NCBI RefSeq assembly: GCF_039927955.1 | Contig: NZ_JBDSUA010000005.1 | Location: forward strand, 161,171-225,170 | Source of the DNA: Devosia sp. | GTDB taxonomy: Bacteria > Pseudomonadota > Alphaproteobacteria > Rhizobiales > Devosiaceae | Length of the DNA stretch: 64,000 bases | Direction of reading: 5' to 3' | Shown: positions 39,124 through 48,415 of the stretch, piece after piece | How the letters are laid out: each line of letters starts with the position of its first letter | Position numbering within the stretch: position 1 is the stretch's first letter | The notes under the pieces: generated by a model | Databases searched by the model: none | What the model saw: only the letters and a program-made list of their open reading frames with translations | What the model was told of the DNA's origin: nothing | Translations under genes and position numbers: made by a program

Positions 39124-40293
39124 TCAATTGTCCTCGGCAGTGGCGCGAATCTGGTCCGGCTTGGCCTTGGTCGAGCGCAGACCATCGATGAAGCGGCGGA
39201 CCTGATGCATCGCATCTCGCGCCGCAAAAGCGCCGGTCCCGGCGAGATAGGCCAGCGGGCGCGACGCATAATTGGCAACGGATGGCACCGGCTGGATCAC
39301 CCCAGCTTCGCCAACCATGCCCTTCTTGAACTGGTGCAGCCCCTGGAAGCCATCGGTACCGCCCAGATCGTACCAGCCTGCTGGCGTATTATCGCGCAGC
39401 CAGCGGATGATCTCCCAATGCATGAAATAGCCGGCGCGCAGCGGCAGCGCTTTGTCATTGGTGGCGCCATAGAGATAGACCGCGCGGTCGCCGATCTTGA
39501 AGATGATCGCACCGGCGATCACTTCGCCTTCATGGCGTACGAAGAACAGTTCCGGACGCAGCGACGCATCCATCGCCATCAGCGGTTCGACCGTTTCGTA
39601 GGCTGAATGATCCGGAAACTGCTTGCGGTCAGTCATCGCGGTATAAAGCGCATGGAACTCGCCGATCCGCTCGGGACCGGCATGTTCGAACGACAACCCG
39701 ACCTTTTCGGACTTGTTCAGATGATAGCGCCATTTCTGGTGCAGGCTCTTGCGCTGCTCGGCATCCGACAGGCGCAGATTGACGATATAGCGGCTGGGGA
39801 ACAGCAGCGTCGAACCCATCTTGAAGCCACGGACTTGCAAATGCTGGCTTTCGGCATTGACTGCCGTCAGCGAAGCGCGCGGCAGCACCGACAGCATCAG
39901 GCCGCGACCGTCGGCATATTCCGAGATCAACGCATCGATCATGCCACGATAGATCATTGGCGCATCGGCGCGACCGCCATGCTTGAGCATCGGTCCCCAT
40001 TTGGAGACCGCGATACCGCCAATGCCCAGCGGCAGAGGCTGGATCATCATCAGGCTGCCGCCGACGATCTCGCCCTTATGGGAAAACACCAGCGGCTCAT
40101 GCTTGACCGAAGGCCAGCGACTGATGGCAAAGGTATAAAGCTGTTCCTGGCAGGCCTCGTCGAACGTGCCAACCAGCCGGTCCCACTCGACGCCCGACAC
40201 CGTCGCAACGTCAAGGTGCAGGCCGGGTACCGAGTCCATTGCCCGGCTGGCAATGGAGGGCGACTCGATCAATCGATCAACGATGGTGGCCAT
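39124..40293 (-). CDS. FemABX-family (lipid II:aminoacyl transferase-like) protein
   Basis: KWGPML, YIVNLRLSDAEQRKSLHQKWRYHLNKS, YLYGAT, WYDLGG..GFQGLHQFKKG. Confidence 0.8.
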   Translation of the reverse strand: MATIVDRLIESPSIASRAMDSVPGLHLDVATVSGVEWDRLVGTFDEACQEQLYTFAISRWPSVKHEPLVFSHKGEIVGGSLMMIQPLPLGIGGIAVSKWGPMLKHGGRADAPMIYRGMIDALISEYADGRGLMLSVLPRASLTAVNAESQHLQVRGFKMGSTLLFPSRYIVNLRLSDAEQRKSLHQKWRYHLNKSEKVGLSFEHAGPERIGEFHALYTAMTDRKQFPDHSAYETVEPLMAMDASLRPELFFVRHEGEVIAGAIIFKIGDRAVYLYGATNDKALPLRAGYFMHWEIIRWLRDNTPAGWYDLGGTDGFQGLHQFKKGMVGEAGVIQPVPSVANYASRPLAYLAGTGAFAARDAMHQVRRFIDGLRSTKAKPDQIRATAEDN

Positions 40294-40403
40294 GGGGCGC
40301 GTCCAGCTTGGAAATGACCAGCTGAAAACTACCGCCCCAAAGTGAGCAAATCCCTATTCTGTCACTACAAATGCCGCAAAACTTGGTGCTTGGTTACCAA
40401 AGC

Positions 40404-41102
40404 CTATGCGGGTGAGGCGACATGTCCGCCATAAAGGAACGGGATATGGGGCAGCGTGCCGCCCAGCATCTGGTCAGCACCCTCGTAGCCCATCTTGAGA
40501 GCCACGTAGAATATGATCAGCAGGCCGACCCAGGCGATCCAGCGGAACCGGGTCAACAGGCCGGCGATGAACGAGGCCGCAACGCCCATCATCACCACGG
40601 ACAGCGCCAGGCCAAAGATCAGCGCTTCGATGTGATGCTGGGCAGCGCCGGCCACCGCCAGCACGTTGTCCAGCGACATCGACACGTCGGCGATGATGAT
40701 CTGTAACACGGCCTGGCGCAGCGTCTTGCGCGGGGCCTTGCCAGCAATCGTGCCGTCGGCATTGAGATCGGTTTCAGACAGCGCCTCGGCGCCTTCGCTC
40801 TGCTCATCGTGCGAGGTGCTGAGCTCGCGGTACATCTTCCAGCACACATAGAGCAGCAGCACCGCACCGGCGATCAGCAGCGCACCACCCAGTTGCAGCA
40901 ATTGGGTGGTGATCAGCGCGAAGAAGATTCGCAGGACGGTGGCAGCAATAATGCCGATCAGAATGGCCTTGCGGCGGAGGTCGGAAGCCAGCCCGGCAGC
41001 GGCAAGGCCGATGACCACGGCATTGTCCCCGGCCAGCACCAGATCGATCATGATCACCTGAAAAAGCGAGGTGAAAAAGCTCCACTCAAGACCGAAAGGC
41101 AT
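40404..41102 (-). CDS. TerC family (YjbE-like) membrane protein
   Basis: IDLVLAGDNAVVIG, IADVSMSLDNVLAVAG. Confidence 0.93.
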   Translation of the reverse strand: MPFGLEWSFFTSLFQVIMIDLVLAGDNAVVIGLAAAGLASDLRRKAILIGIIAATVLRIFFALITTQLLQLGGALLIAGAVLLLYVCWKMYRELSTSHDEQSEGAEALSETDLNADGTIAGKAPRKTLRQAVLQIIIADVSMSLDNVLAVAGAAQHHIEALIFGLALSVVMMGVAASFIAGLLTRFRWIAWVGLLIIFYVALKMGYEGADQMLGGTLPHIPFLYGGHVASPA

Positions 41103-41377
41103 ACCTGACTTCTCCGACGGGGATTGCTGTCTGGGGGCTATACCCTCCAAAACGCCTGATGAACAGGCCTATGGACCATAGTGCCGACATCCCGACAAAG
41201 TGGCAACGATGCGCAAAACTACAAGGGTGGTTCGGGAACGAGCGCATCGCGACTTTCCGGAATGGAATTCAGTCCGGAGATTCTGACGCCCCAAATTACC
41301 GGCAAAAATAACATGATGTGTTAGCAACACTTCCACGGCGGAAGATATTTATGCAATGCGGTAAACGTCGGAATAGC

Positions 41378-42193
41378 CTAGCCGAATTCGAGGCTGGTGA
41401 TGCCGAACACCTGATTCAGGGCCAGCGCCGGCACTGGCCCGCGATACATTCGCGACGTCCTGAAACCAGGCGTAAAGCCCCAGCCATGCAGCAGCGCCAA
41501 AAATGTCGTCTGACTGGCGGGAACGTCAATCTGCACAAGCCCAGAACCCGCCGCCAAATTCTGCAGAAGCAAAGTGGCCGCTGCCGGATCGCAAGCGAAC
41601 AGCGGGCCAACCTTGTGGTGCTCGATACACTTGCGGATGACGCCATAACCCCTCGAAAGACGGTCTTCACCAAGCATCAGGCCTTGATTGGGCGGGGCCA
41701 CCCAACGGCTGAGGAAAGCCTCGCGGCTGGCTGGGAAACATTGGCGGTCGAGAGCTTTGACGGCCGGCACTGTCGCTTGCGCAACTCTCAGAGGTGCAGT
41801 TGGTACGCTGCCAGTCATGCGAACAGTCTCGTAAGCCGCCACAAATCCCATGCTCGCATAGTTGGCCTGTTGTTCAGGCACACCATCCAGTCCGATGGTG
41901 CGGTTACCCAGATGCGCCATGCCAGCGTCCCAGGCGGCCTTGCCGTGCCCTTGACCACGCCAATCCTGATGGCAAATGTAAAGTCCGATAAAGCCAAAGT
42001 CAGCGTCATAGGCGGCAGCAGAAATGGCCGCCACCATCTGCCCATCGACAAAGGCTCCGATGAACCCATCCGGATCGACGGCGTAAAACGCACGGGCATC
42101 GGTCAGACCGGGATTCCAGCCCTCCCGGGCAGCCCAGGACAACAGCGTTTCGACCTCGGCTTCAGCAAGGCTTCGGATCAACCGCGCCATCAA
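41378..42193 (-). CDS. Tandem-domain GNAT acetyltransferase
   Basis: AAREGWNPG, FIGLYICHQDWRGQGHG, LDGVPEQQANYASMGF, KVGPLFA. Confidence 0.88.
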   Translation of the reverse strand: MMARLIRSLAEAEVETLLSWAAREGWNPGLTDARAFYAVDPDGFIGAFVDGQMVAAISAAAYDADFGFIGLYICHQDWRGQGHGKAAWDAGMAHLGNRTIGLDGVPEQQANYASMGFVAAYETVRMTGSVPTAPLRVAQATVPAVKALDRQCFPASREAFLSRWVAPPNQGLMLGEDRLSRGYGVIRKCIEHHKVGPLFACDPAAATLLLQNLAAGSGLVQIDVPASQTTFLALLHGWGFTPGFRTSRMYRGPVPALALNQVFGITSLEFG

Positions 42194-42933
42194 GCGGTCA
42201 GCAGTTGCGGCGCAAAATCCCTCATCGCGCCAGTATAGGGCTTAACCACCGGGCTGGCATAGGAGCCGCGTTTGCTGGTGCTGAGGCCCAGTGCCACCAG
42301 CGCCTCGGCCTGCTTTACCGCGGCGCCAACGCCGTCGATGACTGGCATGCCAAATTCGCGCTGCAAGGTTTTGGCGAGATCCGCCATGCCAGCGCAACCC
42401 AGCACGATCGCCTCGGCATTGTCCTGCTCGATGGCTTTGACGATCTCATTGCGAAGTCGATCCCGCGCGCCCGAATTCGGATCTTCCAGCGACAATACCG
42501 AGATATTGGCGGCCCGAACCTTGGCGCGGCCGACCATGCCATAGCGATGCACCAGTTCCTCGATAGGAACGCGCGAGCGTTCCATGGTGGTCACGACGGT
42601 AAAGCGCTTGGCGATGAAACCTGCCGTCGCCAGCGCAGCTTCGCAAATGCCGATGACTGGAATGCTCGCCATGGCCCGCGCTGCGTCAAGGCCGGTGTCG
42701 TCAAAGCAGGCGATCACCGCTGCATCGACCCCTGCCCGCTCCTGTCGGGCGATTTCCATCAACAGGCCGGGCAACGCAAACGCCTCGTCGTAATAGCCTT
42801 CGATGGAAACCGGCCCCATGCTGGACGTCGCCGCAATGATCTGAGTCGCCGATGCCGCTGCCATTGTCGCCGCCGAGGCGATGGTCGCGGTCATGCTGGC
42901 AGTGGTGTTTGGATTGACGACAAGCAACTGCAT
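42190..42933 (-). CDS. Asp/Glu/hydantoin racemase family (allantoin/hydantoin racemase)
   Basis: VNPNTTASMT, SIEG, IACFDDTG, IVLGCAGM (two catalytic Cys), PVIDGV. Confidence 0.92.
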   Translation of the reverse strand: MQLLVVNPNTTASMTATIASAATMAAASATQIIAATSSMGPVSIEGYYDEAFALPGLLMEIARQERAGVDAAVIACFDDTGLDAARAMASIPVIGICEAALATAGFIAKRFTVVTTMERSRVPIEELVHRYGMVGRAKVRAANISVLSLEDPNSGARDRLRNEIVKAIEQDNAEAIVLGCAGMADLAKTLQREFGMPVIDGVGAAVKQAEALVALGLSTSKRGSYASPVVKPYTGAMRDFAPQLLTA

Positions 42934-42937
42934 GGCG

Positions 42938-43756
42938 CTAGGCCCTCGCCCGGCGGCGACCGATCACGATGATCGAACCCAGCGTGATCAGGATGATGGC
43001 AAACGAGAACAGCGTGGTCACAGTGCCCAGCGCGTAGAGCACCGGGGTCGTGACATTGGTGGTCATGCCATAGATTTCGAGCGGCAGCGTATTGGAACTG
43101 CCCGACGTCAGCAGCGTACGGGCAAACTCGTCATAGCTCAGACTGAAACCGAACAGCCCAACGCCGATCAGGCTGGGCGCAATCATCGGCAGCACCACAT
43201 GATAAAATGTCTGCCATGACGACGCACCCAGATCGCGCGCCGCTTCCTCATAGGATGGCGAGAAGCGGTTGAACACCGCAAACATGATCAGCACGCCAAA
43301 CGGTAGCGTCCAGGTGAGATGCGCGCCAAAGGCCGAACCAAACCAGGCGGGGCGAATACCGATCTGCTGGAACAGCACCCCGATGCCCAGCGACACGATG
43401 ATCGAGGGCACCACGAGGCTGGCAATGGTCAGATAAAACAGCGGCGACGAGCCAAAGAACTTGCGGCGGAAGGCAAGACCCGCGAGTAGCGCAATCACCA
43501 CGGTAGAGACCATGACCATCAGGCCCAGCATCAGCGAGCGACCAAAGCTGGCGCCAAAATCGCCAACCGCCTGCCTCTCGAACAGGTTCTGAAACCAGTG
43601 AAATGACACGCCGTTCAACGGAAAGGTCAGGCCGCCGGTCGGCCCTTGAAACGACAGAATGAAGATTGCCGACATCGGACCGTACAGAAACAGCACGAAC
43701 AGGGTGAAAAAGGCGGCCAGAACGTAAAATCCAAACGTACGCTTCTCGCTGTTCAT
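42938..43756 (-). CDS. ABC transporter permease (PotC-like)
   Basis: FLYGP, YEEAARDLGAS EAA motif, SYDEF, TLP. Confidence 0.92.
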   Translation of the reverse strand: MNSEKRTFGFYVLAAFFTLFVLFLYGPMSAIFILSFQGPTGGLTFPLNGVSFHWFQNLFERQAVGDFGASFGRSLMLGLMVMVSTVVIALLAGLAFRRKFFGSSPLFYLTIASLVVPSIIVSLGIGVLFQQIGIRPAWFGSAFGAHLTWTLPFGVLIMFAVFNRFSPSYEEAARDLGASSWQTFYHVVLPMIAPSLIGVGLFGFSLSYDEFARTLLTSGSSNTLPLEIYGMTTNVTTPVLYALGTVTTLFSFAIILITLGSIIVIGRRRARA

Positions 43757-43759
43757 GGC

Positions 43760-44656
43760 TCAAAGCTCCTTGCGAATATCAACGATGCGCAGAATACCGG
43801 CCACCAGCATCAGCACCAGGACCAGCAGCACCACCGCGTTGGCCGCAGCGGCCGGATATTGCAGCAGCGACATCTGGTTCTTCATCATCAGGGCCACCGA
43901 GGCACTCTGACCGCCCGACATCACCTGCACGGTAGAAAAGTCGGCCATCACCAGGGTCACCACGAAAATGGTCCCGATAGCGATCCCGGGCTTGGCGAGT
44001 GGCAGGATCACATTCCAGATGATCTGCCACGCGGTAGCGCCGCCGTCACGAGCCGCTTCGACCAGCGATTTATCGATGCGCATCATGGTGTTGAAGATCG
44101 GGGTGACCATGAAGAGCGTGTAGAGGTGAACCATGGCCAGGATTACTGCAAAATCCGAATAGAGCAGCCATTCCAGCGGCTGCGGGATGACCCCGGCTGA
44201 AATCAGCCCCGTGTTCACCAGCCCATTGCGCCCCAGCACCGGAATCCAGGAAATCATCCGGATGATGTTGGAAGTGAAGAATGGCACGGTGCAGATCAGG
44301 AACAGCACCATCTGCATCACGGCGCTGCGCACGTGGAAGGCCAGGAAATAGGCGAGCCAGAAGCCAAGCAAAGTCGTAATTGCCCAGACAATCGCTGCAA
44401 ATTTTAGGGTGTTGAGGTAGGTCTTCCACGTCACCCACGACCCCAGAACGTCGGTATAATTGGTGAGCAGGAAGCTGGGATACATGCCGGCGAAGTCGTA
44501 GTCCCAAAAACTGATGACCACCAGAAACAGGATCGGAATAGCCAGGAAGAAGCCAAGGATCAGCAATAGCGGCGTGGCCTGGATATAAGGCGTCATGCGA
44601 CCGATAAGACTGTTCATTGGAATATCCGATCTGTTCGCCGAAATCGCAGTCGTCAC
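43760..44656 (-). CDS. ABC transporter permease (PotB-like)
   Basis: IDKSLVEAARDGGA, ILPLAKPG; start uncertain (alternative 44617). Confidence 0.9.
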   Translation of the reverse strand: MTTAISANRSDIPMNSLIGRMTPYIQATPLLLILGFFLAIPILFLVVISFWDYDFAGMYPSFLLTNYTDVLGSWVTWKTYLNTLKFAAIVWAITTLLGFWLAYFLAFHVRSAVMQMVLFLICTVPFFTSNIIRMISWIPVLGRNGLVNTGLISAGVIPQPLEWLLYSDFAVILAMVHLYTLFMVTPIFNTMMRIDKSLVEAARDGGATAWQIIWNVILPLAKPGIAIGTIFVVTLVMADFSTVQVMSGGQSASVALMMKNQMSLLQYPAAAANAVVLLVLVLMLVAGILRIVDIRKEL

Positions 44657-44753
44657 CCTCCCCCTTGCGGGGAGGAATCAAGGGTGGGGTGCGAGAGCCA
44701 CGATATCCCGGCTCCGCACACCCCCTCCCATCCTCCCCATCAAGGGGGAGGTG
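44654..44753. repeat. REP-like composite palindrome between SBP and permease genes
   Basis: CCTCCCCCTTGCGGGGAGG...CCCCCTCCCATCCTCCCCATCAAGGGGGAGG. Confidence 0.75.
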
Positions 44754-44770
44754 CAGATGAGTGGATTGGC

Positions 44771-46057
44771 TTAGGCGGCGATGAATTCGTTCCAGCGCTT
44801 GACCATGTAGCGGTCCTCGTCCATCACCGAATTCCAGCAGGCCACCTTGCCCATGCGTTCTTCGAACGAGCCGCCATCGCGCACGGCGCCGGCCTTCTCC
44901 ATCACGGTGCCATCTGGCGCCTTGATCTCGCCCGCCGCAGGCTTGCCTTCGATCCAGTAGCCCCATTCGTCTTCGGACATGAACTTCTTGGCCGAGACCA
45001 TGTTGGCCGAGTAGTAGCCCTGGCGATTGAGGTAACCACCAACCCAGCCCGAGGTGTACCAGTTGATATATTCGTAGGCCGCGTCGAGCTGGGCGCCCGA
45101 CAGATGCGCGGCAAGGCCGAGACCGCCGCCCCACGAGCGATAGCCTTCCTTGAGCGGCTGGAAGCGGCAGGCGATGCCCTTCGAGCGCACGGCAGCAACC
45201 GCAGGCGACCACATCGACTGGATCACCACTTCACCCGAAGCCATCAGGTTCACGGATTCATCGAAGCTCTTCCAGAAGGCGCGGAACTGGCCGTCCTGCT
45301 TGGCCTTGATCAGGAAGTCGATCGTTGCATCGATCTCTTCCTTGGTCATGTTGCCCTTGTCGCCATACTTGATGTTGCCCATGGCTTCCATGATCATGGC
45401 AGCATCCATGATGCCGATGGACGGCACGTTGATAATGGCGGTCTTGCCCTTGAAGGCCGGGTCCATGATGTCGGCCCAGGTGGTGATGTCGCGACCTACC
45501 AGATCCGGACGGATGCCCAGGGTATCGGCGTTGTAAATGGTCGGGACCATAGTGAACCAGCCGGTTTCGCCCTTGGCGAAGGTCTTGGAGTCCTGCGCTT
45601 CGACAAAGCCAACCGTGTGCGGCGCGGTGCCCTGGGCGATGACGCTGTCCGGCAGCAGCTTGCCGGTTTTGAACAGCGGCACAAGGTCGTTGTAATAGGT
45701 CAGCTTGCTGACATCCATCGGCTGCATGACGCCGGTGGGGAACACCTTCTTGAGAATCCAGTATTCGATATCGGCGATATCGTAGCTGTCCGGCTGGGTC
45801 ACAGCGCGCTGGGCGGCAGCGTCGGAGTCGGTGGCGGTCATTTCCAGCGTGATGCCGAGGTCGGCCTTGCACCGTTCCGCAATGTCATTGAGGTTCGACA
45901 CGCCGGTGCCGAACTGGCGCAGCGTGATCGGATTCTGCGCCCAGATGGTCGGGAAACCGGTGATGGCGCCCGAACCGACAGCGAGACCCGCTGCGGCAGC
46001 GCCACCCTTGAGCAGATTGCGGCGGGAAATGCCGCTCTTCTTGGTCGTCTCAGTCAT
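44771..46057 (-). CDS. ABC substrate-binding protein (PotD/PotF-like), Tat-exported
   Basis: SRRNLLKG twin-arginine motif; LMASGEVVIQSMWS, KEGYRSW. Confidence 0.9.
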   Translation of the reverse strand: MTETTKKSGISRRNLLKGGAAAAGLAVGSGAITGFPTIWAQNPITLRQFGTGVSNLNDIAERCKADLGITLEMTATDSDAAAQRAVTQPDSYDIADIEYWILKKVFPTGVMQPMDVSKLTYYNDLVPLFKTGKLLPDSVIAQGTAPHTVGFVEAQDSKTFAKGETGWFTMVPTIYNADTLGIRPDLVGRDITTWADIMDPAFKGKTAIINVPSIGIMDAAMIMEAMGNIKYGDKGNMTKEEIDATIDFLIKAKQDGQFRAFWKSFDESVNLMASGEVVIQSMWSPAVAAVRSKGIACRFQPLKEGYRSWGGGLGLAAHLSGAQLDAAYEYINWYTSGWVGGYLNRQGYYSANMVSAKKFMSEDEWGYWIEGKPAAGEIKAPDGTVMEKAGAVRDGGSFEERMGKVACWNSVMDEDRYMVKRWNEFIAA

Positions 46058-46088
46058 AGCCGTAATCCCCTGTGTGTTGGTTTTGGTC

Positions 46089-47177
46089 TTATGAATCGAG
46101 ATTGCCCAGGACGATGGCGTCCGAGGCGTCCCAATGCAGTGGCACCGCCTGCCCGACGGAAACCGGCGTCGCAAAAAAGCTCCGGTCGTCGACAATGGCG
46201 GTGAAATCTTCGATGCCGGCGCCGTCGATGGAGAGCTTCACGGTGGCGCCGCGATATTCGATGTTGGAAACCAGGCCAGTAAAGCCGAGCCCCTTGACCG
46301 GGCTTTCGCCCAGTTTGACGTGATCGGTGCGAATGCCGATATCGACAGTGCTGCCCGGTTCGCGCGGTGAGCCGGATGCGGAGAACACCCCGCCGCCCAC
46401 AACCTCAAGCGTCACCAGCCCATTTGATGAGCCGGTCGCCTTGCCGCTGAGCACGTTATGATCACCCATGAAGCGGGCGACGAAGGCTGAAGCCGGGCGC
46501 TCGAACACTTCCCGCGGCGTCGCCGCCTGCTCGATACGGCCATCGCTCATCACCACGATGATGTCCGCCAGCGCCATTGCCTCTTCCTGGCTATGGGTCA
46601 CATGCACGAAGGTGATGCCGAGGCTTTTCTGCAGCTTCTTCAGTTCGGCGCGCATGCGAATTTTGAGGAACGGATCAAGCGCCGACAGCGGCTCATCAAG
46701 CAGCAGTGCTTCCGGATCGGTAATCAGCGCCCGGGCCAGCGCCACGCGTTGCTGCTGGCCACCCGAAAGCTGGGCCGGGCGACGGGTGGCATAGGCCTCC
46801 ATTTGCATCAGCTTGAGCATGTCGAGCGCCTTGGCGCGGCGCACATCAGCCGGAACACCAGCCATCTTCAGGCTGAACGCCACATTGTCGATCAGGTTGA
46901 GATGGGGAAACAGCGCATAGGACTGAAACATCATCGCCGTGCCGCGTTTGGCCGGCGGCAGATCGGTCACCACCGTATTGCCAAGCCGAACGTCGCCGAT
47001 CGAGATGCTCTCGTGGCCCGCAATCATCCGCAGCGTGGAGGTCTTGCCGCAGCCCGAGGGGCCAAGCAGGCAGCAATAGCTGCCGGCTGGAATTTTCAGG
47101 CTGATGGCATCGACGGCCGTCGTGTTTCCATAGATTTTGGACACTGACGCAAGATCGATTTCCGCTGCTTTGGACAT
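46089..47177 (-). CDS. ABC transporter ATP-binding protein (PotA-like)
   Basis: GPSGCGKT, FQSYALFPH, LSGGQQQR, LLLDEP, TOBE tail. Confidence 0.93.
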   Translation of the reverse strand: MSKAAEIDLASVSKIYGNTTAVDAISLKIPAGSYCCLLGPSGCGKTSTLRMIAGHESISIGDVRLGNTVVTDLPPAKRGTAMMFQSYALFPHLNLIDNVAFSLKMAGVPADVRRAKALDMLKLMQMEAYATRRPAQLSGGQQQRVALARALITDPEALLLDEPLSALDPFLKIRMRAELKKLQKSLGITFVHVTHSQEEAMALADIIVVMSDGRIEQAATPREVFERPASAFVARFMGDHNVLSGKATGSSNGLVTLEVVGGGVFSASGSPREPGSTVDIGIRTDHVKLGESPVKGLGFTGLVSNIEYRGATVKLSIDGAGIEDFTAIVDDRSFFATPVSVGQAVPLHWDASDAIVLGNLDS

Positions 47178-47208
47178 AAAGCCACCCCGGGTTATCTGCC
47201 ATTCACTA

Positions 47209-47224
47209 TGCAGACTCCGTGCCA
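47209..47224 (-). promoter_or_regulatory. sigma54 promoter of the ABC/racemase operon
   Basis: Minus strand TGGCAC-GGAGT-CTGCA, about 30 nt upstream of the ATG. Confidence 0.75.
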
Positions 47225-47282
47225 GTCGCCCCTTACCGCATTAAGGCATTGTTATTGAACGAGTTTCACATTCCAACTTGCA

Positions 47283-47327
47283 TGCACCAATTAGCATCAG
47301 ATACTACATGTGCTCGATATTTAAGCA
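47283..47327. promoter_or_regulatory. Putative NtrC enhancer sites
   Basis: TGCACCA half-site at 47283 and TGC-TCGATATTTAA-GCA (TGC-N11-GCA) at 47311-47327. Confidence 0.55.
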
Positions 47328-47349
47328 GTTGTCCGCAATGTCCGCAAAA

Positions 47350-47361
47350 ATTGTATGCAAT
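47350..47361. promoter_or_regulatory. Putative GntR-family operator
   Basis: Near-palindrome ATTGTATGCAAT between the divergent operon and gntR. Confidence 0.5.
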
Positions 47362-47438
47362 CCTGAATCGTCAAGTATTCAATCTCGGGCTTACATGTTG
47401 GCCAATTCTGGGTATGAATATGGGACCGCGAGGGACCG

Positions 47439-48149
47439 ATGAACATCGCCGACCATGCCATGCCCGAACTGGGCGCGACCGAAGACCGATCTGCAATGAT
47501 CCGCGATCATCTGCGCGATGCCATCGTCGATCGCCGGCTGGCGCCGGGCACCAAGTTGTCGGAAGCCGAGGTGGGGACGCTGTTCGATGTCAGCCGCACC
47601 GTCGTCCGTGCTGCGCTGCAGGCGCTGGCCTTCGAAGGCCTGGTCAAGACCGAGCGCAATCGCGGCGCTTTCGTCGCCAACCCCTCCCCCGATGAAGCCC
47701 GGCAGGTGTTCGACAGCCGCCGGCTGATCGAACCAGGCATCGCGCGAGCCGCAGCCGAACGCATTACCTCCGCGCAGATCGCCGCGTTCCGCGAGCGCCT
47801 GCATGATGAAAGCCGTCTGCTCAGCGAACGCGGCCCCAGCGCCCGCCGCGCCGAAATCCATGCCTCGGGTGATTTTCATCTGTTGATGGCCAGCGTCGCC
47901 GGCAACGCCATCCTGCTCAAGTTCATGGAAGAACTGGTGGCGCGTTCATCACTGGTGATTGCGCTCTACGGCCGCTCGGGCGCATCGAGCTGCGGCCACA
48001 CCGATCACGGGGCCATCCTGCGCGCTCTGGAGCAGCATGATGCCGACCTGGCCAGCGCACTGGTTCTGTCCCATATCGATCACATCGAATCGGATCTGGA
48101 CCTGCGCGTCTCCGAGGGCATGCCGCTGCGGGATGCCCTGACGCTGTAA
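47439..48149 (+). CDS. GntR (FadR/FCD) family regulator
   Basis: LAPGTKLSEAEVGTLFDVSRTVVRAAL HTH; FCD domain with FH...N...H. Confidence 0.93.
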   Translation: MNIADHAMPELGATEDRSAMIRDHLRDAIVDRRLAPGTKLSEAEVGTLFDVSRTVVRAALQALAFEGLVKTERNRGAFVANPSPDEARQVFDSRRLIEPGIARAAAERITSAQIAAFRERLHDESRLLSERGPSARRAEIHASGDFHLLMASVAGNAILLKFMEELVARSSLVIALYGRSGASSCGHTDHGAILRALEQHDADLASALVLSHIDHIESDLDLRVSEGMPLRDALTL

Positions 48150-48157
48150 TCCGGCAC

Positions 48158-48183
48158 AAACGAAAAACGCTCCCTGAGGAGCG
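48158..48183 (-). terminator. Terminator downstream of tRNA-Lys
   Basis: Minus strand CGCTCC-TCAG-GGAGCG followed by TTTTTCGTTT. Confidence 0.65.
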
Positions 48184-48211
48184 CCATTCGTTCAGTAGTT
48201 TACGAAGACTT

Positions 48212-48287
48212 TGGTGGGCGAGCACGGATTCGAACCGTGGACCCGATGATTAAGAGTCATCTGCTCTACCAGCTGAGCTACTCGCCC
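48212..48287 (-). tRNA. tRNA-Lys (anticodon CTT)
   Basis: GGGCGAGTAGCTCAGCTGGTAGAGCAGATGACTCTTAATCATCGGGTCCACGGTTCGAATCCGTGCTCGCCCACCA; 76 nt with encoded CCA. Confidence 0.97.
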
Positions 48288-48415
48288 CAATGCCGGAGCT
48301 TCCAAAGTGGCTGCTCTCTAGCAAAGGGATTCTCCCCTGTCTAGCGCCTCATGCCATTTTCCTGTCCAATCAGCACTGTTAAGATGAACCGGCCCGCTTA
48401 AGCCCAAGGTTTCTC

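Noticed and set aside
41103-41330. yybP-ykoY Mn riboswitch upstream of terC
   Set aside because: Conserved aptamer motifs not recognisable; needs an Rfam cmscan.
48212-48287. tRNA-Lys as an integration site
   Set aside because: No duplicated tRNA 3' end or integrase seen in the window; flanking genes have host-like composition.
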